DNA of 64,000 bases from the human T2T-CHM13v2.0 reference genome, Homo sapiens. The notes under the pieces were generated by a model. That model was not told the origin of the DNA. It saw nothing but the letters and a program-made list of their open reading frames with translations, and searched no databases. Each line of letters starts with the position of its first letter. The first letter of the stretch is position 1. Shown here piece by piece: positions 12,025 through 27,620 of this stretch. The stretch lies in assembly GCF_009914755.1 (NCBI RefSeq), contig NC_060927.1; one strand, 5' to 3'. Position numbers and translations under genes: made by a program.

Positions 12025-13135
12025 TATTGGAGGAACCTGACCCCAATATTTCAATGTAGGTTCTTTCTATTTTCTGTAAGTGTTTGGCTGGTCTGAGAAA
12101 TACAGAGAAAGAGTATAAAGAGAGGAATTTTACAGCTGGGCCTATGGGGGTGACATCACATATTAGTAGGACCGTGATGCCACCTGAGCTGCAAAAACAG
12201 CAGGTTTTTATTAATTACTTCAAAAGCGGGGGGGGGGTGGGGTGTATGAACAAGGAGTAGGTCACAAAGATCACATGCTTCAAAGGGCAAAAAAGGAGAA
12301 CAAGATCACATGCTTCTGAGGCCAATAAAGATCACAAGGCAAAGGACAAAGCAAAGATCACAAGGCAAAGGGTGAAATCAAAAACTCCTGATAAGGGTCT
12401 ATGTTCAGCTGTGCACCTATTGTCTTGATAAACATCTTAAACAACAGAAAACACAGTTCGAAGGGTCTATGTTCAGCTGTGCATGTATTGTCTTGATAAA
12501 CGTCTTAAACAACAGAAAACAGAGTTCGAGAGCAAAGAACCAGTCTGACCTCCAATTTACCAGGGTGGGGTTTCTTCCCCACCCTAATAAGCCTGAGGGT
12601 ACCGCAGGAGACCAGGTCGTATTTCAGTCCTTATCTCAACCGCATAAGACAGACACTCCCAGAGTGGTCATTTATAGATCCCCCCCAGGAATGCATTCCT
12701 TCCCCAGGGTATTAATATTCCTTGCTAGGAAAAGAATTCAGTGATATCTTCCCTACTTGCATGTCCATTGATAGGCTCTCTGCAAGAAGAAAAATATGGC
12801 TCTATTCTGCCCGAACCCACAGGCAGTCAGACCTTATGGTTGTCTTCCCCTGTTCCCTGAAAATTGCTGTTATTCTGTTCTTTTTCAAGGTGCACTGATT
12901 TCATATTGTTCAAACACACATGTTTTATAATCAATTTGTACAATAGTGATCCTGAGGTGACGTACATTCTCAGCTTACAAAGATAACAGGATTAAGAGAT
13001 TAAAGACAGGCATAAGAAATTATAAGAGTATTAATTTTGGGAACTGATAAATGTCCATGAAATCTTCACAGTTTATGTTCCTCTGCCGTGGCTCCAGCCA
13101 GTCCCTCCATTCGGAGTCCCTGACTTCCCACGACA
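12025..13135 (-). mobile_element. MER11 solo LTR (HERV-K/HML-8)
   Basis: Reverse complement begins TGTCGTGGGAAGTCAGGGACTCCGAATGGAGGGAC...; CAAAGATCAC repeats; 6-bp TSD CACAAT (12019-12024, 13136-13141). Confidence 0.93.
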
Positions 13136-14077
13136 CACAATCCTGCATGTAATACAATAAATACAGTTGGAATGAAGATTCAATGTGAAATGCTGCCCTA
13201 AGTGCTGGGCTTATGCATGCATGGCTGATAGGTAATATGGTAGTGACTACATTGAGTATGATGTGACAACCCAAAGTAAACTTCATTTTGTTTGGAATAT
13301 TGAGGCCCAGAGGAGAGATATGTTCCACAAGAAATGGCAAACTGGATGCTGGCACTGGTGGTGCATTGCTTCAGAATAATAGAATTGACATTTTCATTTC
13401 CTGAATTAATATGAATCCACTGCAGAAGCATGGTACCTGGAACATCTAGAAATGTTGGTTGGGTGGCATGTTACTGAATGGAATTAGTAGATCCTCTCCA
13501 TGAAGAAAAGCCACTCTTTCTTGCCACTGTAGATCCCTGTTCAATTCCTGGCATTTTGTGACCGTCTATTCCTTCACTCAGGTGGGGCTCATAGAAGTGA
13601 TCATGGTTTATGTTAACTTTCATTGCTGTTAAAATTTAATCCTGTGATGATTTCAATTAAACATTTATTAATTGGAATACCAAATCCCATTTTATTTTTT
13701 ATTTTTAAAATTTTTATTGCTAAGCTTTCTCATCATTTCCTATTTATTTTATCCATTTGAATAGGTGTTAATTTTGTATATCTCCATTTATATTGATATA
13801 GAGTGAAAGATATAAGGAAGTACCCTTTACCTTCAGATGTCTATGTGACGTTTTTATTCTTTAAGGAACAGGTAGGAGCATACATCAATTGCATTTTCAA
13901 CATCTGAGATTACAACAGGTCTTTACCATTGTATGTATAAATTGGATGAATTATATTACATTAATTACCTTTAATTTTCTAAGCTAACACATATTAAAAT
14001 ATATGTATACACACATAATGGTGAATTTGATAGGCAAAATAGTATTTTATTATTAACTGCTTTATTGGTTAGATTTA

Positions 14078-14416
<339 letters not shown>

Positions 14417-14507
14417 TTAGCTAGCTCCCAAGTTAGCTCCAAGGCTTGGGAGAAAGAAACAAAGGCTTTCCATAGCCTCAAAAAAAAATAAAAGTTTTTT
14501 TTTTTTC

Positions 14508-17500
14508 AGATGGAGAATTAGAGGCTTTCAGCATTCCTCAGCCACTTGGAAAGAGCAAGACAGTGCATAAAGATCAATTCTGTGAGCTTTAATTCAAGAA
14601 GGAAAATGGGATTACACTGGAACGGTAAAGAACATACCAGACCCAGAGGGGAGGATGCCAGCAAAGAGCCCCTCTGATGGCACCTGGCTGATAAAAGTGA
14701 ATGAAGCCCCAGTACATGAGAGGGAAACAGAGCTTCCCTCTGTGACTCACCTTACCACTGCCCATCCAAGCAACCCAGGGCTACGGAGAGCTCTTTGTTT
14801 CTCCCAAGCCTTGGAGCTAACTTGGGGCAAGGCCTGGAGACACTGTGAGAGAAAGACACCTGGAAAACCTCAGGCATTTCTCCAGACCTGGGACAGAGAG
14901 CAGGACACCATATTTAATGTGGTCACATACAAACTCAGCCATTTTTTGGTGACTTGGCAGCATGGCCATGCAGGCATTTTCATCTTGGGCCAGAGATTGA
15001 AGTGTCCACTCTGGAATGGGTAGGAGCCTCCACAGTCAGAACTTTTGAAAGTACCACAGAAGTAGGGGCTGGAATTGTGCTCTCCCCCACCACAAGCCTA
15101 GACCAGGAGGAGAACTGCTAAAGCTGCCATTGTTCCTGAGTGGTGATAAACCAGGGCCAGATTGGCGACCTGAAACCAGTCTTAATGAGCCATTGCTGGG
15201 TTCGCCAGCCTGCCCCCCTGAGATCATGGTGCACTGGGTCACTCTCCACTCCATCTCCTGGCAGAAATCCAAGCATTTGGAGCACCCATTTGCCTGGATC
15301 CACACCCTAAGTTGCCTCATCCATCCTTTACAGAGATCCTGGTACAGGGAGGCCCCCTCTCTTCACACCCAGGCAGGTCTCCAGGCACTCAGGGCACCCA
15401 CTGATCTGGTTCATCAACCCAAGCCATCCTACACTTCCTGGACACGGATTGTGATTAATCAAGGCCCTCTTCACTCCATGTCCAGGCAGATCTCCAGATG
15501 TCTGGAGTACCAGCTCTCCTAGATCAGCAGCATGAGGAGGCCTGCCCTTCCTGTGCACAGATGCTGGTCCAGGAAAGCCCTCTCTGCTACATAGCCAGGC
15601 ATATCTCCAGGCATTCAAAGTATCTGCGTATATGCTTCAGTAGCCTAAGTCACCTCATCCCTCCTGTGCAGGGATTGTGGCACAGGGCAGTTCTCTCCAC
15701 TCTATGCCCAGATGGACCTCCAGGCATTTGGAGCACCTATTATCCTAGATTAGCAGTTGAGGCCACTCCTCACCCCTTCGCAAAGAGCCTGGAGCTGAGG
15801 ACGGTTCCCAGCTCCATGTGTAGGCACACTTCTGGTTGTCTGGTGGCCGTTCACTGGATTCTCCCTCAGTGCAGGTGTTTGTGCCTGCCACTGGGGGACC
15901 TTTGGGGAGCCCTGCCCAGTCCAGCTCTGCTCATCATGGCGCCTGCCACCCAGGAGTTGAGTAGGGAGTTTAGGCCACTGTGCATAGAAGTAATTAGCCC
16001 ATTGCCTGAGCAACAGAGAGCTTCTGACAGTAAACAAGGATCAAGTATATACCTACCCTGCTGGACGCAGCCAGCTCTTACCTATAAACACCATTTATGG
16101 GCTTGTAGGTCAAACTGCAAAGCCCAATATAAAGCCAGCCAAAAGAAGTGTATATGGCTATAGAAGCAAAGCCAAAAACCCTATTCCATATTCTCTACAG
16201 TCATACCCACTGGAGAGAGGGAGGGGCACAGAGAGAAAGAGAAATTTAAAAACACTATTATAGGGAAAGAAAGAAAATGAAATAACACCTCGCCAATGTG
16301 AAAATAATTACAAAAATTAGAAGTGCCAGCATCTCCTGATGGGAAAAAAGCAAACACAAAAATTTATACCATAAACAATTTGAGTGTAGTAACATCACCA
16401 AACGATTAAACTAGCTCTTCAGCAATGGTCTCTAGCCAAAATGGAAATGACATTTAAAGAATTTGAAGTATGGATTGCAGGGAAGCTCAACAAGATGCAA
16501 GACAAGGTTGAAAATCAACACAAAGAAACTTCTAAAACAATCCAGGAAATGGAGAAACAGATAAACATTTTAAAATGAAATCAATCAGAGCTTCTAAAAT
16601 TAAAAAACTCACTTAAGGAATTTCAAAATATAATTGAAAGCCTTATCAATACACTGGACCAAGCAGAAGGAAGAATTTCAGAGTGTGAAGACCTTCTTTT
16701 GAACTAACTCAATCAGACAAAAATTTTAAAAAGAATTTTTAAAAATAAAGTCTTTGAGTAATGTGGGATTATGTAAAGCAACCAAACTTACAAATTATTG
16801 GTATTCCTGAGAAACAGGAGGAACAAGCAAAGGTAGTAATTCAATAAACTTTCCCTAATCTTGCTAAAGACATCCAGATACAAGAAATTTAGAGAAGACC
16901 TGTAAGATACTATACAAAATGAACATTAAAAGGCATATAGTCACCAGACTGTCCAAGGTCAATGCTAAAGAAAAAACCTTAAAGGTAGCTAGAGAAAAAG
17001 GTCAGATCATGTACAAAGAGAACCCCACCTGGTTAACAGTGGACTTGTCAGCAGAAACTTTACAAGCTAAGAGAGTTTGAGGACCTATTTTCATCATTCA
17101 TAAAGAAAAGACATTCCAGCCAAGAATTTTGTATTCCTCCAAACTAAGCTTTATAAGCGAAGGAGTGATAAAAAATTTTCCACACAAGCAGGCACTAGGG
17201 GAATTCATTACCACTAGACTATCCTTACAAGAGATCCTCAAGGGAGTTCTAAACATGGAAATGAAAGAACAATATCTGCTACCACAAAAACACACTTAAG
17301 TACATAGTTCACAGACGCCATAAAGCAACCGTGCAATCCAAACAACAAAGAAACCAGCTAACTATTTCATGATAGTATCAAAAGCTCACAAATCAATATT
17401 AACTTTGAATGTAAATAGTCTAAATGCCTCACTTAAAAGACAAGAGTGGCAAGTGAGATGAAAAAACAAGACCCATCTGTCTGCTGTCTTTAGAGACCCA

Positions 17501-20500
17501 TCTCACACATAGCAATGCCTATATGCTCAAAGCAAGGGGTTGAAGAAAGATCTACCATGCAAATAGAAAACAAAAAGGTGCAGGGATTGCTATTATTATT
17601 TCAGATAAAACAGACTTTAAGCCAACAACAGTAAAAAAAAAAAATGACAAATAAGGGCATTACATAATTGTAAAGGAGTTCAAGTCAACAAGAAGACAAG
17701 TATTCTAAATATAAAATGCACCCAACACAGGAGCACCCAGATTCATAAAACAAGTTCTTCTAGACCTATGACAAGACTTAGATAGCCACATAATAATAGT
17801 GGGGTATTTCAACACCCCACTATCAGCATTAGACAGATCACAGGGGCAGAAACCTGACAAATTCTTGACTTAAACTCAACACTTGACCAATTGGACCTAC
17901 TAGATATCTACATCCATCAACCACAGAGTATACATTCTTCTCATCTGCACAGCAAGCATATTGCAAGATCGGCCACATGCCCAGCCATATAACAAGTCTC
18001 AATGAATTTAAAAAAAATAGAAAAAATAGAAATCATACCAAACATTTACTCTTGAACCATATAAACACAGAAATCAGTAACAAGAAGATCTCTCAAAACC
18101 AAACAGTTACATGGAAATTAATAATTTTCTCCTGAATGACTTTTGGGTAAATAATGACATTAAGGCAGAAATCAAAAAATTATTTAAAATAAATGAAAAC
18201 AGAGACACAACATACCAAACCCTCTTGGATGTAGCAAAAGCACTGTTCAGAGGAAAGTTCATAGCATGAAATGCCTACCTCAAAATCTTAGAAAGATCTC
18301 ATATTAACAATCTAACATCACATCTAGAAGAATTTGAAAAGCAAGAATAAACCAACCCCAAAGCTAGCAGAAGAAAAGAAATAACTAAAATCAGAGTGGA
18401 ACTGAATGAAATTGAGACCCAAAATACATACAAAGAATCAATAAAACCAAAACTTTGTGCTTTGAAAGGATAAACAAGATCTATAGAGCACTAGCTACAT
18501 TAAAAAAGAAAAAAAATGAGAGAAGATCCAAATAAATACAATCAGAAATAACAAAGGTGACATTACAGCCTATCCCACAGAAATACAAGAGATTCTCAGA
18601 AACTATTATGAACACCTCTATGCACACAAACTAGAAAATCTAAAGGAAACAGGCAATTTCCTGGAAACACACCATCCCCCAAGAATCAGGAAGAAACCCT
18701 TAATGGACCAATATTGAGTTCCAAAATTAAATCAGTATTAAAAAAAAACAACCGAAAAAGCCCCAGACCAGATGGATTCACAACTAAATTCTACCACACA
18801 TTCAGATAAGAGCTAGTACCAATTCTACTGAAACTACTCCAAAAAATTGAGGAGAAACTCTTTCCTAACTCATTGCCTGAAACAATCATCACACTTAAAC
18901 AAAAACAGGCAAAAAAGACACAATGAAAAAGAAAAGTACAGGCCAATACCCCTAATAAACATAGATGCAAAAATCCTCCACAAAATACTAGCAAACCAAA
19001 TTCAATGCATATCAAAAAATTAATTCACCACAATCAAGTAGGCTTCTTTCCTAGGATGCAATTTTGGTTCAATATATACAACTAAATAAATGTGATACTC
19101 CACATAAAAAGAACTAAAAGCAAAAATCATGTGATCATCTCAGTAGAGGTGGAAGAAGCTTCTGATAAAATCCCACCATCTCTTCATGATAAAAACCCTC
19201 AACAATCTAGGCATGAAAGGAACATACCTCAAAATAATAAGAGCTGTCTATGACAAACCCACAGCCAATATCATGCTGAATAGGCAACAACTAGATGCAT
19301 TTCCCCTGAAAACTGCAACAAGACAAAGATGCCCACTCTCACCACTCCTATTCAAGTGGTATTCATCAGAGTAATCAGGCAAGAGAAAGAAATAAAAATC
19401 ACCCAAATAGGAAGAGAAGAAGTCAAAATATCTCTCTTCATGGAGGGTATGACTGTATACCTAGAAAATCCTAAAGATTTTGCCTAAATTTGGCACCTGG
19501 AACTGAAAAACAACTTCAGTAGGATACAAAATCAATATACAAAAATCAATAGCACTCCTGTACACCAATAACGTTCAAGCTGAGAACCAAATCAAGACTG
19601 CAATGTCATTTGTAATTAGCCACACCAAAAAAAAAAAATGTCTAGGAATACATCTAACCAAGGAGATGAAAGATCTCCAAAAGGAGAGTTACAAATCACT
19701 GCTAAAAGAAATCATAGACAACACAACCAATGGAAAAAACATTCCATACTCATGAATTGAAAGAAATAATATTGTTAAAATGGCCATACTGCAGCAACAT
19801 TCTATATATTCAAAGCTATTCTTATCAAACTATTGTCATGGAACTAGAAAAAAACTAATCTAAAATTCATATGGAACCAAAAAAATAGCCCAAATAGCCA
19901 AAGCAATACCAAGCAAAAAGAACAAATCCAGAAGCATCACATAACCCGACTTCAAACTATACTATAAGGCTATGGTAACCAAAACAGCATGGTACTACTA
20001 CTGGTACTGGTACAAAAACACATAGACCAATGGAACAGAATAGGGAACCTAGAAGTAAAGCCACACACCTATAGCCATCTGATCTTTGACAAACTTGATA
20101 AAAATAAGCAAGGGGGAAAGGGCTCCCTATTGAATAAATGGTGCAAGAAAAGCTGGCAAGCCATATGTAGAAAAAGAAAACTGGACCCCTACTTTTCACC
20201 ATATACAAAAATCAACTCAAGATAGACCAAATATTTAAATGTGAGACCTCAAGGTATTAGAATCCTAGGAGAAAACTTAGGAACACCATTCTGGACATTG
20301 GCCTTGGGAAGGAATTTATGACTAAGTCCTCAAAAGCAATTGCAACAAAAACAAAAATTGACCAGTAGCACTTAACTAAAGAGCTTCTGCACAGCAAAAT
20401 AAACTATCAACAGAGTAAACAAAAAACCTACAGAATAGGAGAAAATATTTATAAGCTACGCATGCAACAAAGGTCTAACATCCAGAATCTATAAGGAACT

Positions 20501-21373
20501 TAAACAACTCAACAAGCAAATAATCCCATTTAAAAGATGGGCAAAGTACTTGAACAGATGCTTCTCAGAAGAAGACGTGCAAGCTGCCAACACACATATG
20601 AAAATATGCCTCATGTCACTAGTTATCAGAGAAATGCAAATCAAAACCACAATAAGATACCATCTCACACCAATGAGAATGACTATTATTAAAAAGTCAA
20701 TAAACAACAGATGCTGATGAGGCTGCAGAGAAAAGGGAATGCTTATACACTATCGACTGGAGTGTAAATTAGTTCAGCCACTGTGGAATGCAGTTTGGAG
20801 ATTTTGCAAAGAAGTTCCAACAGAACTTCCATTCAATCCAGCAACCCTATTACTGGTATGCATCCAAAAAAATAACAAATCATCCTACCGAAACACATGC
20901 ACCCTCATGTTCATCATAGTACTATTCATAATAGCAAAGACAGTAAATTAAGCTAGGCACCCATCAATGGCGAATAGGATAAAGAAAATATGGAACACAT
21001 ACACCATGGATTAACAACACAGCCACAAAAAGAATGAAGTCATGTCCTTTGCAACAACATGGATGCCACTGGAGGTCATTATCCTAAGCAAATTAATGCT
21101 TAGGAACAAAAAACCAAATATTATTTGTTGTCACTTATAAGTATGAGCTAAACATTGGGTACTCATGGACATAAAGATGGCAACAATAGAATCTGGGGTA
21201 TACTTAGAGTGGGGAGGGAGAGAGGGGAGGAAGCTTGGAATAACTATTGGGTACTATGCCCAGTACCTGGGTGATGGAATCATTCATACCCCAAACCTCA
21301 GCATCACACAATATACCCAGATAACAAACCTGCACATGTATCCCCTGAATCTACAATAAATGTTGAAAAAAAT
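14508..21373 (+). mobile_element. Full-length decayed L1PA17-like LINE-1 (5'UTR to ~16340, ORF1 ~16340-17280, ORF2 ~17368-21140, 3'UTR)
   Basis: ORF2 start encodes ..SILTLNVNSLNA; fragments [32 protein letters not shown] and [25 protein letters not shown]; 3'UTR GGACATAAAGATGGCAACAATAGA...CCCCAAACCTCAGCATCAC fits L1PA17; many stops and frameshifts. Confidence 0.92.
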
Positions 21374-21914
21374 AAGAATTCAATTTTTTTCAAAACTTTA
21401 TTGCCCTAAAATTATGTTGTCAATTAGTTTATGCGTTTTATAATATTTAACTCTTTTCCTAAATGTCATTTATTTTACACTAGAGTGTAAAATGAAAAAT
21501 TAGATTTGGCTCATTTATTTGTTTCAATTTTGCAAGCATCATTAGATGAGTATTTTACTCTCATTCACTGTTATTTGATGCTCCTTTATCACATACTTTA
21601 TGTGTGCATGGGTATGTCTTTGTGTGTCTCTGTGTGTATGCATCAAGTTACTTTTCAGGTTACCAGTTATTATTTCTATGTTCATTCTGTATATTTATTG
21701 CTATGTCAATATACTCCCTAAATTTCTGTGGTTTTACAATATATTTCCTATTTATGTATGTATTTTGATATCAAATAAAAACTCATTTAATTTTAACTTT
21801 TAATATTTTCCTTGCTAATTCTTTCTATTTATTTTGTCTCTCTGAATATTAAAATCATGGTGTCAGATAATCTTCCCAAATCTCAATGTATTCATACAAT
21901 TGAATTAAACTATA

Positions 21915-22440
21915 TATTTGAGAATTTATATTTTTAAAATTATAAAAAATTATAATATACAGAAAAGAAGAAAAGATAAGGTAATACTCATTTACCCATC
22001 ATCTAGATTCAACAATTATTAGCAATTTGGCATACATATTTTTAAATTTTTGTTTATAATGTATATTTATATGTGTCCTACACACATCCATCCATACATA
22101 TATATACAGTGTACATACTATAATATTTATATGTGTCCTACACACATCCATCCATACATATATATACAGTGTACATACTATAATATTTATATGTGTCCTA
22201 CACACATCCATACATACATATATATACAGTGTACATACTATAATATTTATATGTGTCCTACACACATCCATCCATACATATATATACAGTGTACATACTA
22301 TATATACCTTTTACTCACACATACCCTAAAATATCTAAATCATGACATTTCCCTCTTAAAAACTGCGGCATGTGTCCCCCAAAATGAGAACACTCCCTTA
22401 TTTGACCATTATTAGGGGCAATTTCAATAATAATAATGCT
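21915..22440 (-). mobile_element. L1MC4/5-like fragment hosting the VNTR
   Basis: ATACAGAAAAG...TACCCATCATCTAGATTCAACAATT...CATGACATTTC...AAAATGAGAACACTC. Confidence 0.6.
22063..22302. repeat. Minisatellite, 4 x 60 bp
   Basis: Unit ATATTTATATGTGTCCTACACACATCCATCCATACATATATATACAGTGTACATACTATA; a single substitution in copy 3. Confidence 0.97.
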
Positions 22441-23591
22441 ACTTATATCTTGAGTTCTTTCAGATTTGGAGGTAAATGACAGTATATGAAATATTTCATG
22501 TATCTCTATAAATACTGATATAAAGAGAGAGATATAAATAACTGCATTTTGTGATCAGATTTCTATGTGACTTTCTTTAATCCCATTGAGAAATGGTATT
22601 GACATACATCGGCTGCATTTTCCACATCTGAGCTTATTACTTAGTTTTGAATATTGTTTCTACAATTAGATGCATTATGTAAATAACCTTTACTTTCCTG
22701 AGCTAACACCTATGCTGTGGTGGTAGATGATTTCTTTATTGTTCTAGAGACTTAGCTACTGATATTTTATATAGACTTTTGCATCCAAATTCATAACAGA
22801 ATGGCCCTTGGTATTTGTCCTCTTCATGCTACATTGGGCAAATTTTGAGCTCAGCAATTCATTTAACTTACAAAATATATATGTTGGCTTTATTTCTTAT
22901 GTATTTTAGATTCATTTGTGGAGTATAAGAATTATATTCTTTACATTATCTAAAAACCTGCCTGGAGATATCGAGCTGTCCATCTATCTACCTCAAGATG
23001 TCACCAATAGATAGACATACACATATATATGTACATATACATATATGAGATATATATGTGTGTGTATATTTAAACATATAACAAAACTTGACATCTTTAT
23101 ATATGCATACACATGCATGCACAAAGACCTCTCACAGTTCCGTAATCCGGGGCATTTTATGAATAACAATGTTTTTTCCTGTTTCTGAGGTTGTCTCTTC
23201 AGATTTTCTACTTCTTCCAAAGTTCATTTTGACCATATATGTCTCCTGTAATGTCAAATATCATTTTAAAATGAGATTACCTTATGTCAACAAGTATTTT
23301 CATATATTCATTTATAATTCACTTTTAGCTCCTTGTATGTTCTCTTTCCCTCTTCATCCCTGGTTTATTTAGTCATAAGTTCGTATATACAGATACTTCC
23401 CAGGTGTGGATGCACTCTCAAAACACAAAACAAAATTTTTAAAAAAATGAGACGTTACTGGAGAAGATTTTTTTATTTTTTTAACTAGGAAAAACATTAA
23501 AAGCATATTAAGCGTAACTGAATATCCAATAATTCCCCATATCTAGGAAATTATATACTGTGTAACAATTTTGAACAAATTATATATTATG

Positions 23592-23948
23592 TGTCTTAGT
23601 GTTTTCAGGCTGCCATAACAAAATACTATTGTCTGGGTAGCTTATTAAGATCAGAAATTTGTTTCTGACAGTTATGGAGGCTGGAAAATCCAAGATCAGG
23701 GTGTCAGGACAGTTTGGTTTTAGCAAGGTCCCCCTTCCAGGTTGCAGACTGCCGATTTTTCAGTGATAGAAGTGATAGAAGGAACAAATGAGCTCCTTAG
23801 AGCCTGTTTTACAAGGAAACTAATCACATTTATGAAGGCTCTCCTCTCATGACCTAATCACCTCCAAAGGCCACACCTCCTAATACCATCACCATAGGGG
23901 CTAGGATTTTAATATATGAATTTGGGGGCACACATTTAGACCACAGCA
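23592..23948 (-). mobile_element. MLT1A/MSTD-like solo LTR
   Basis: TGTCTTAGT...GCTGCCATAACAAAATAC...CCTAATACCATCAC...CACAGCA; near-TSD TTATG/CTATG. Confidence 0.85.
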
Positions 23949-24684
23949 CTATGTAATCAGGATATATACATATGGTGCCCCATTTCCTGCCACTGTATCT
24001 TATATTGAAGATACCACCTAAATAGATGCTTACTTTCTAAATACCTCCTGTGGATATTGGAGGATATTCTAGTTTTAATAGCAGATTATTTTAAGTATTT
24101 TCATAGTGTTTCTGAACCATAAAATAAATGAATCTGGGATTGTTTAGTTTTGTTGGTGAATGTTAAAACAAATGACAGAGCTTTATAATAAATACCTGGG
24201 CAGCAAAAGCATATGAAAAGAATGAGACAAAGTGGGGGGTCAGGAAGTGGGAGGAGGAACTCATAAAGACACAAGTGAAAAGAGACTGTCTTTATGTTCT
24301 CTCTTTTAGTTGCATTCCCAGATCTTATCACATTTTATGGACCCTGAAATCCTAATGTGAGGACATCTGTTTAACAGCCAATGAATCAAACAAATGATTC
24401 CCAGGGGGCTCTAACAGCTCAAAGTTTGCCTTGCAATTTGTATCAAGTGATTTTAAGTAGATTCGCTATCTAAACATGAACTCCCGTAAGAAAGCATTGC
24501 TTATGCCTATGGGGGGCGTTTTTGCTGTCATGACCCTAGGACCAAATACTGTCTTAACTACAGAGCCAACTGGACACTTTTGGACAGCTGTAGAAAGTAG
24601 AACAGTTTTGCAACTAATTTTACTGATTAGTCTAAACTTAAACCTTACCATATAATAATAATTTCTAAGGGCTTTCTTTAGATC

Positions 24685-24906
24685 AGTGGTCAGCAAATTT
24701 TTTTTTTTTATAAAGGTCCAGATAATAAATATTTTCAGCTTTGCCAGCCCTGTGGTCTCTCCCCAAACTACTCAACTTTGCTCCTAGCATGAACACAACC
24801 ACAAACAATATGTTAACAAATGAATGTGCCTGTGTTCCAAAAAAACTTTATTTTAAAAAGACAGGCAGTGGGCTGCATTTGACCCAGAGCTATAGTATAC
24901 TTCCCC
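24685..24906. mobile_element. MER58A
   Basis: CAGTGGTCAGCAAATTTTT..TAAAGGTCCAGATAATAAATATTTT...TGTGTTCCAAAAAAACTTTATTT. Confidence 0.85.
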
Positions 24907-25629
24907 CCGCCGCCCACCTCCCCACCCCCACCCCGTTTCAAGCATAGTCTGGGTGGTTTATTCACAAGCAAAGTCAATTATAATTGGAATAATTGCAGTA
25001 ATATTTACCACCACAGAAAAGAAAAGGTGTTTTAACTTGTCTTACTCAGATTCCAAATCTGTCTTTCTCAACATTCCCTCTCCCTTACGTATGTAAAGTC
25101 AGACAGCATGGCTCCTTAAGAAGGAGAAGGAGGAAGAGAAGTGGCAGCAACTATGCTCTCTTGCATTTGATTAGAAATAAAGACTCCCCAAATTATGTGT
25201 TTATGGACCAATGTACCTACTTCATTTTATATAAATAAAGCACTTGTTCCCCCAGAACGTCTCTAATTCTGGGGACAGTTCAGCAATATTTAAAGACTCT
25301 TTCTAAGATATTTTCTAGTAATTTATATAGCCCACCAGTATTTGTATGTTCTTTTGTCCTACCAATTGTTTCCATAAAAATTGCCTAATTATGTCTGTCT
25401 TAGCAAAGTTCTCACATTGCTAAGAGGTAAATATTTGTACCTTTGCAACCTGTAACTGTACTACAGGCAATGGGCCCTTTCGAACTACCTTCACCTTCTA
25501 TTACCTTAACCTCTTTATCCCTATAAACAAGGACTGTAGGCCATTCCCACAGTAAATAAATTTTAGTGCAGGCACTAAAATCAGACTGCCTAGGGTTCAA
25601 GTACAAACTACATCACTTACAAGGTGTGA

Positions 25630-27620
<1,991 letters not shown>

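Noticed and set aside
15498-16163. Longest ORF in the window (221 aa)
   Set aside because: Inside the GC-rich repetitive L1 5'UTR; no known domain
21999-22415. Repetitive Cys/His/Tyr ORFs; CRISPR-like periodicity
   Set aside because: Translation of a 60-bp tandem repeat; no unique spacers, and the context is eukaryotic
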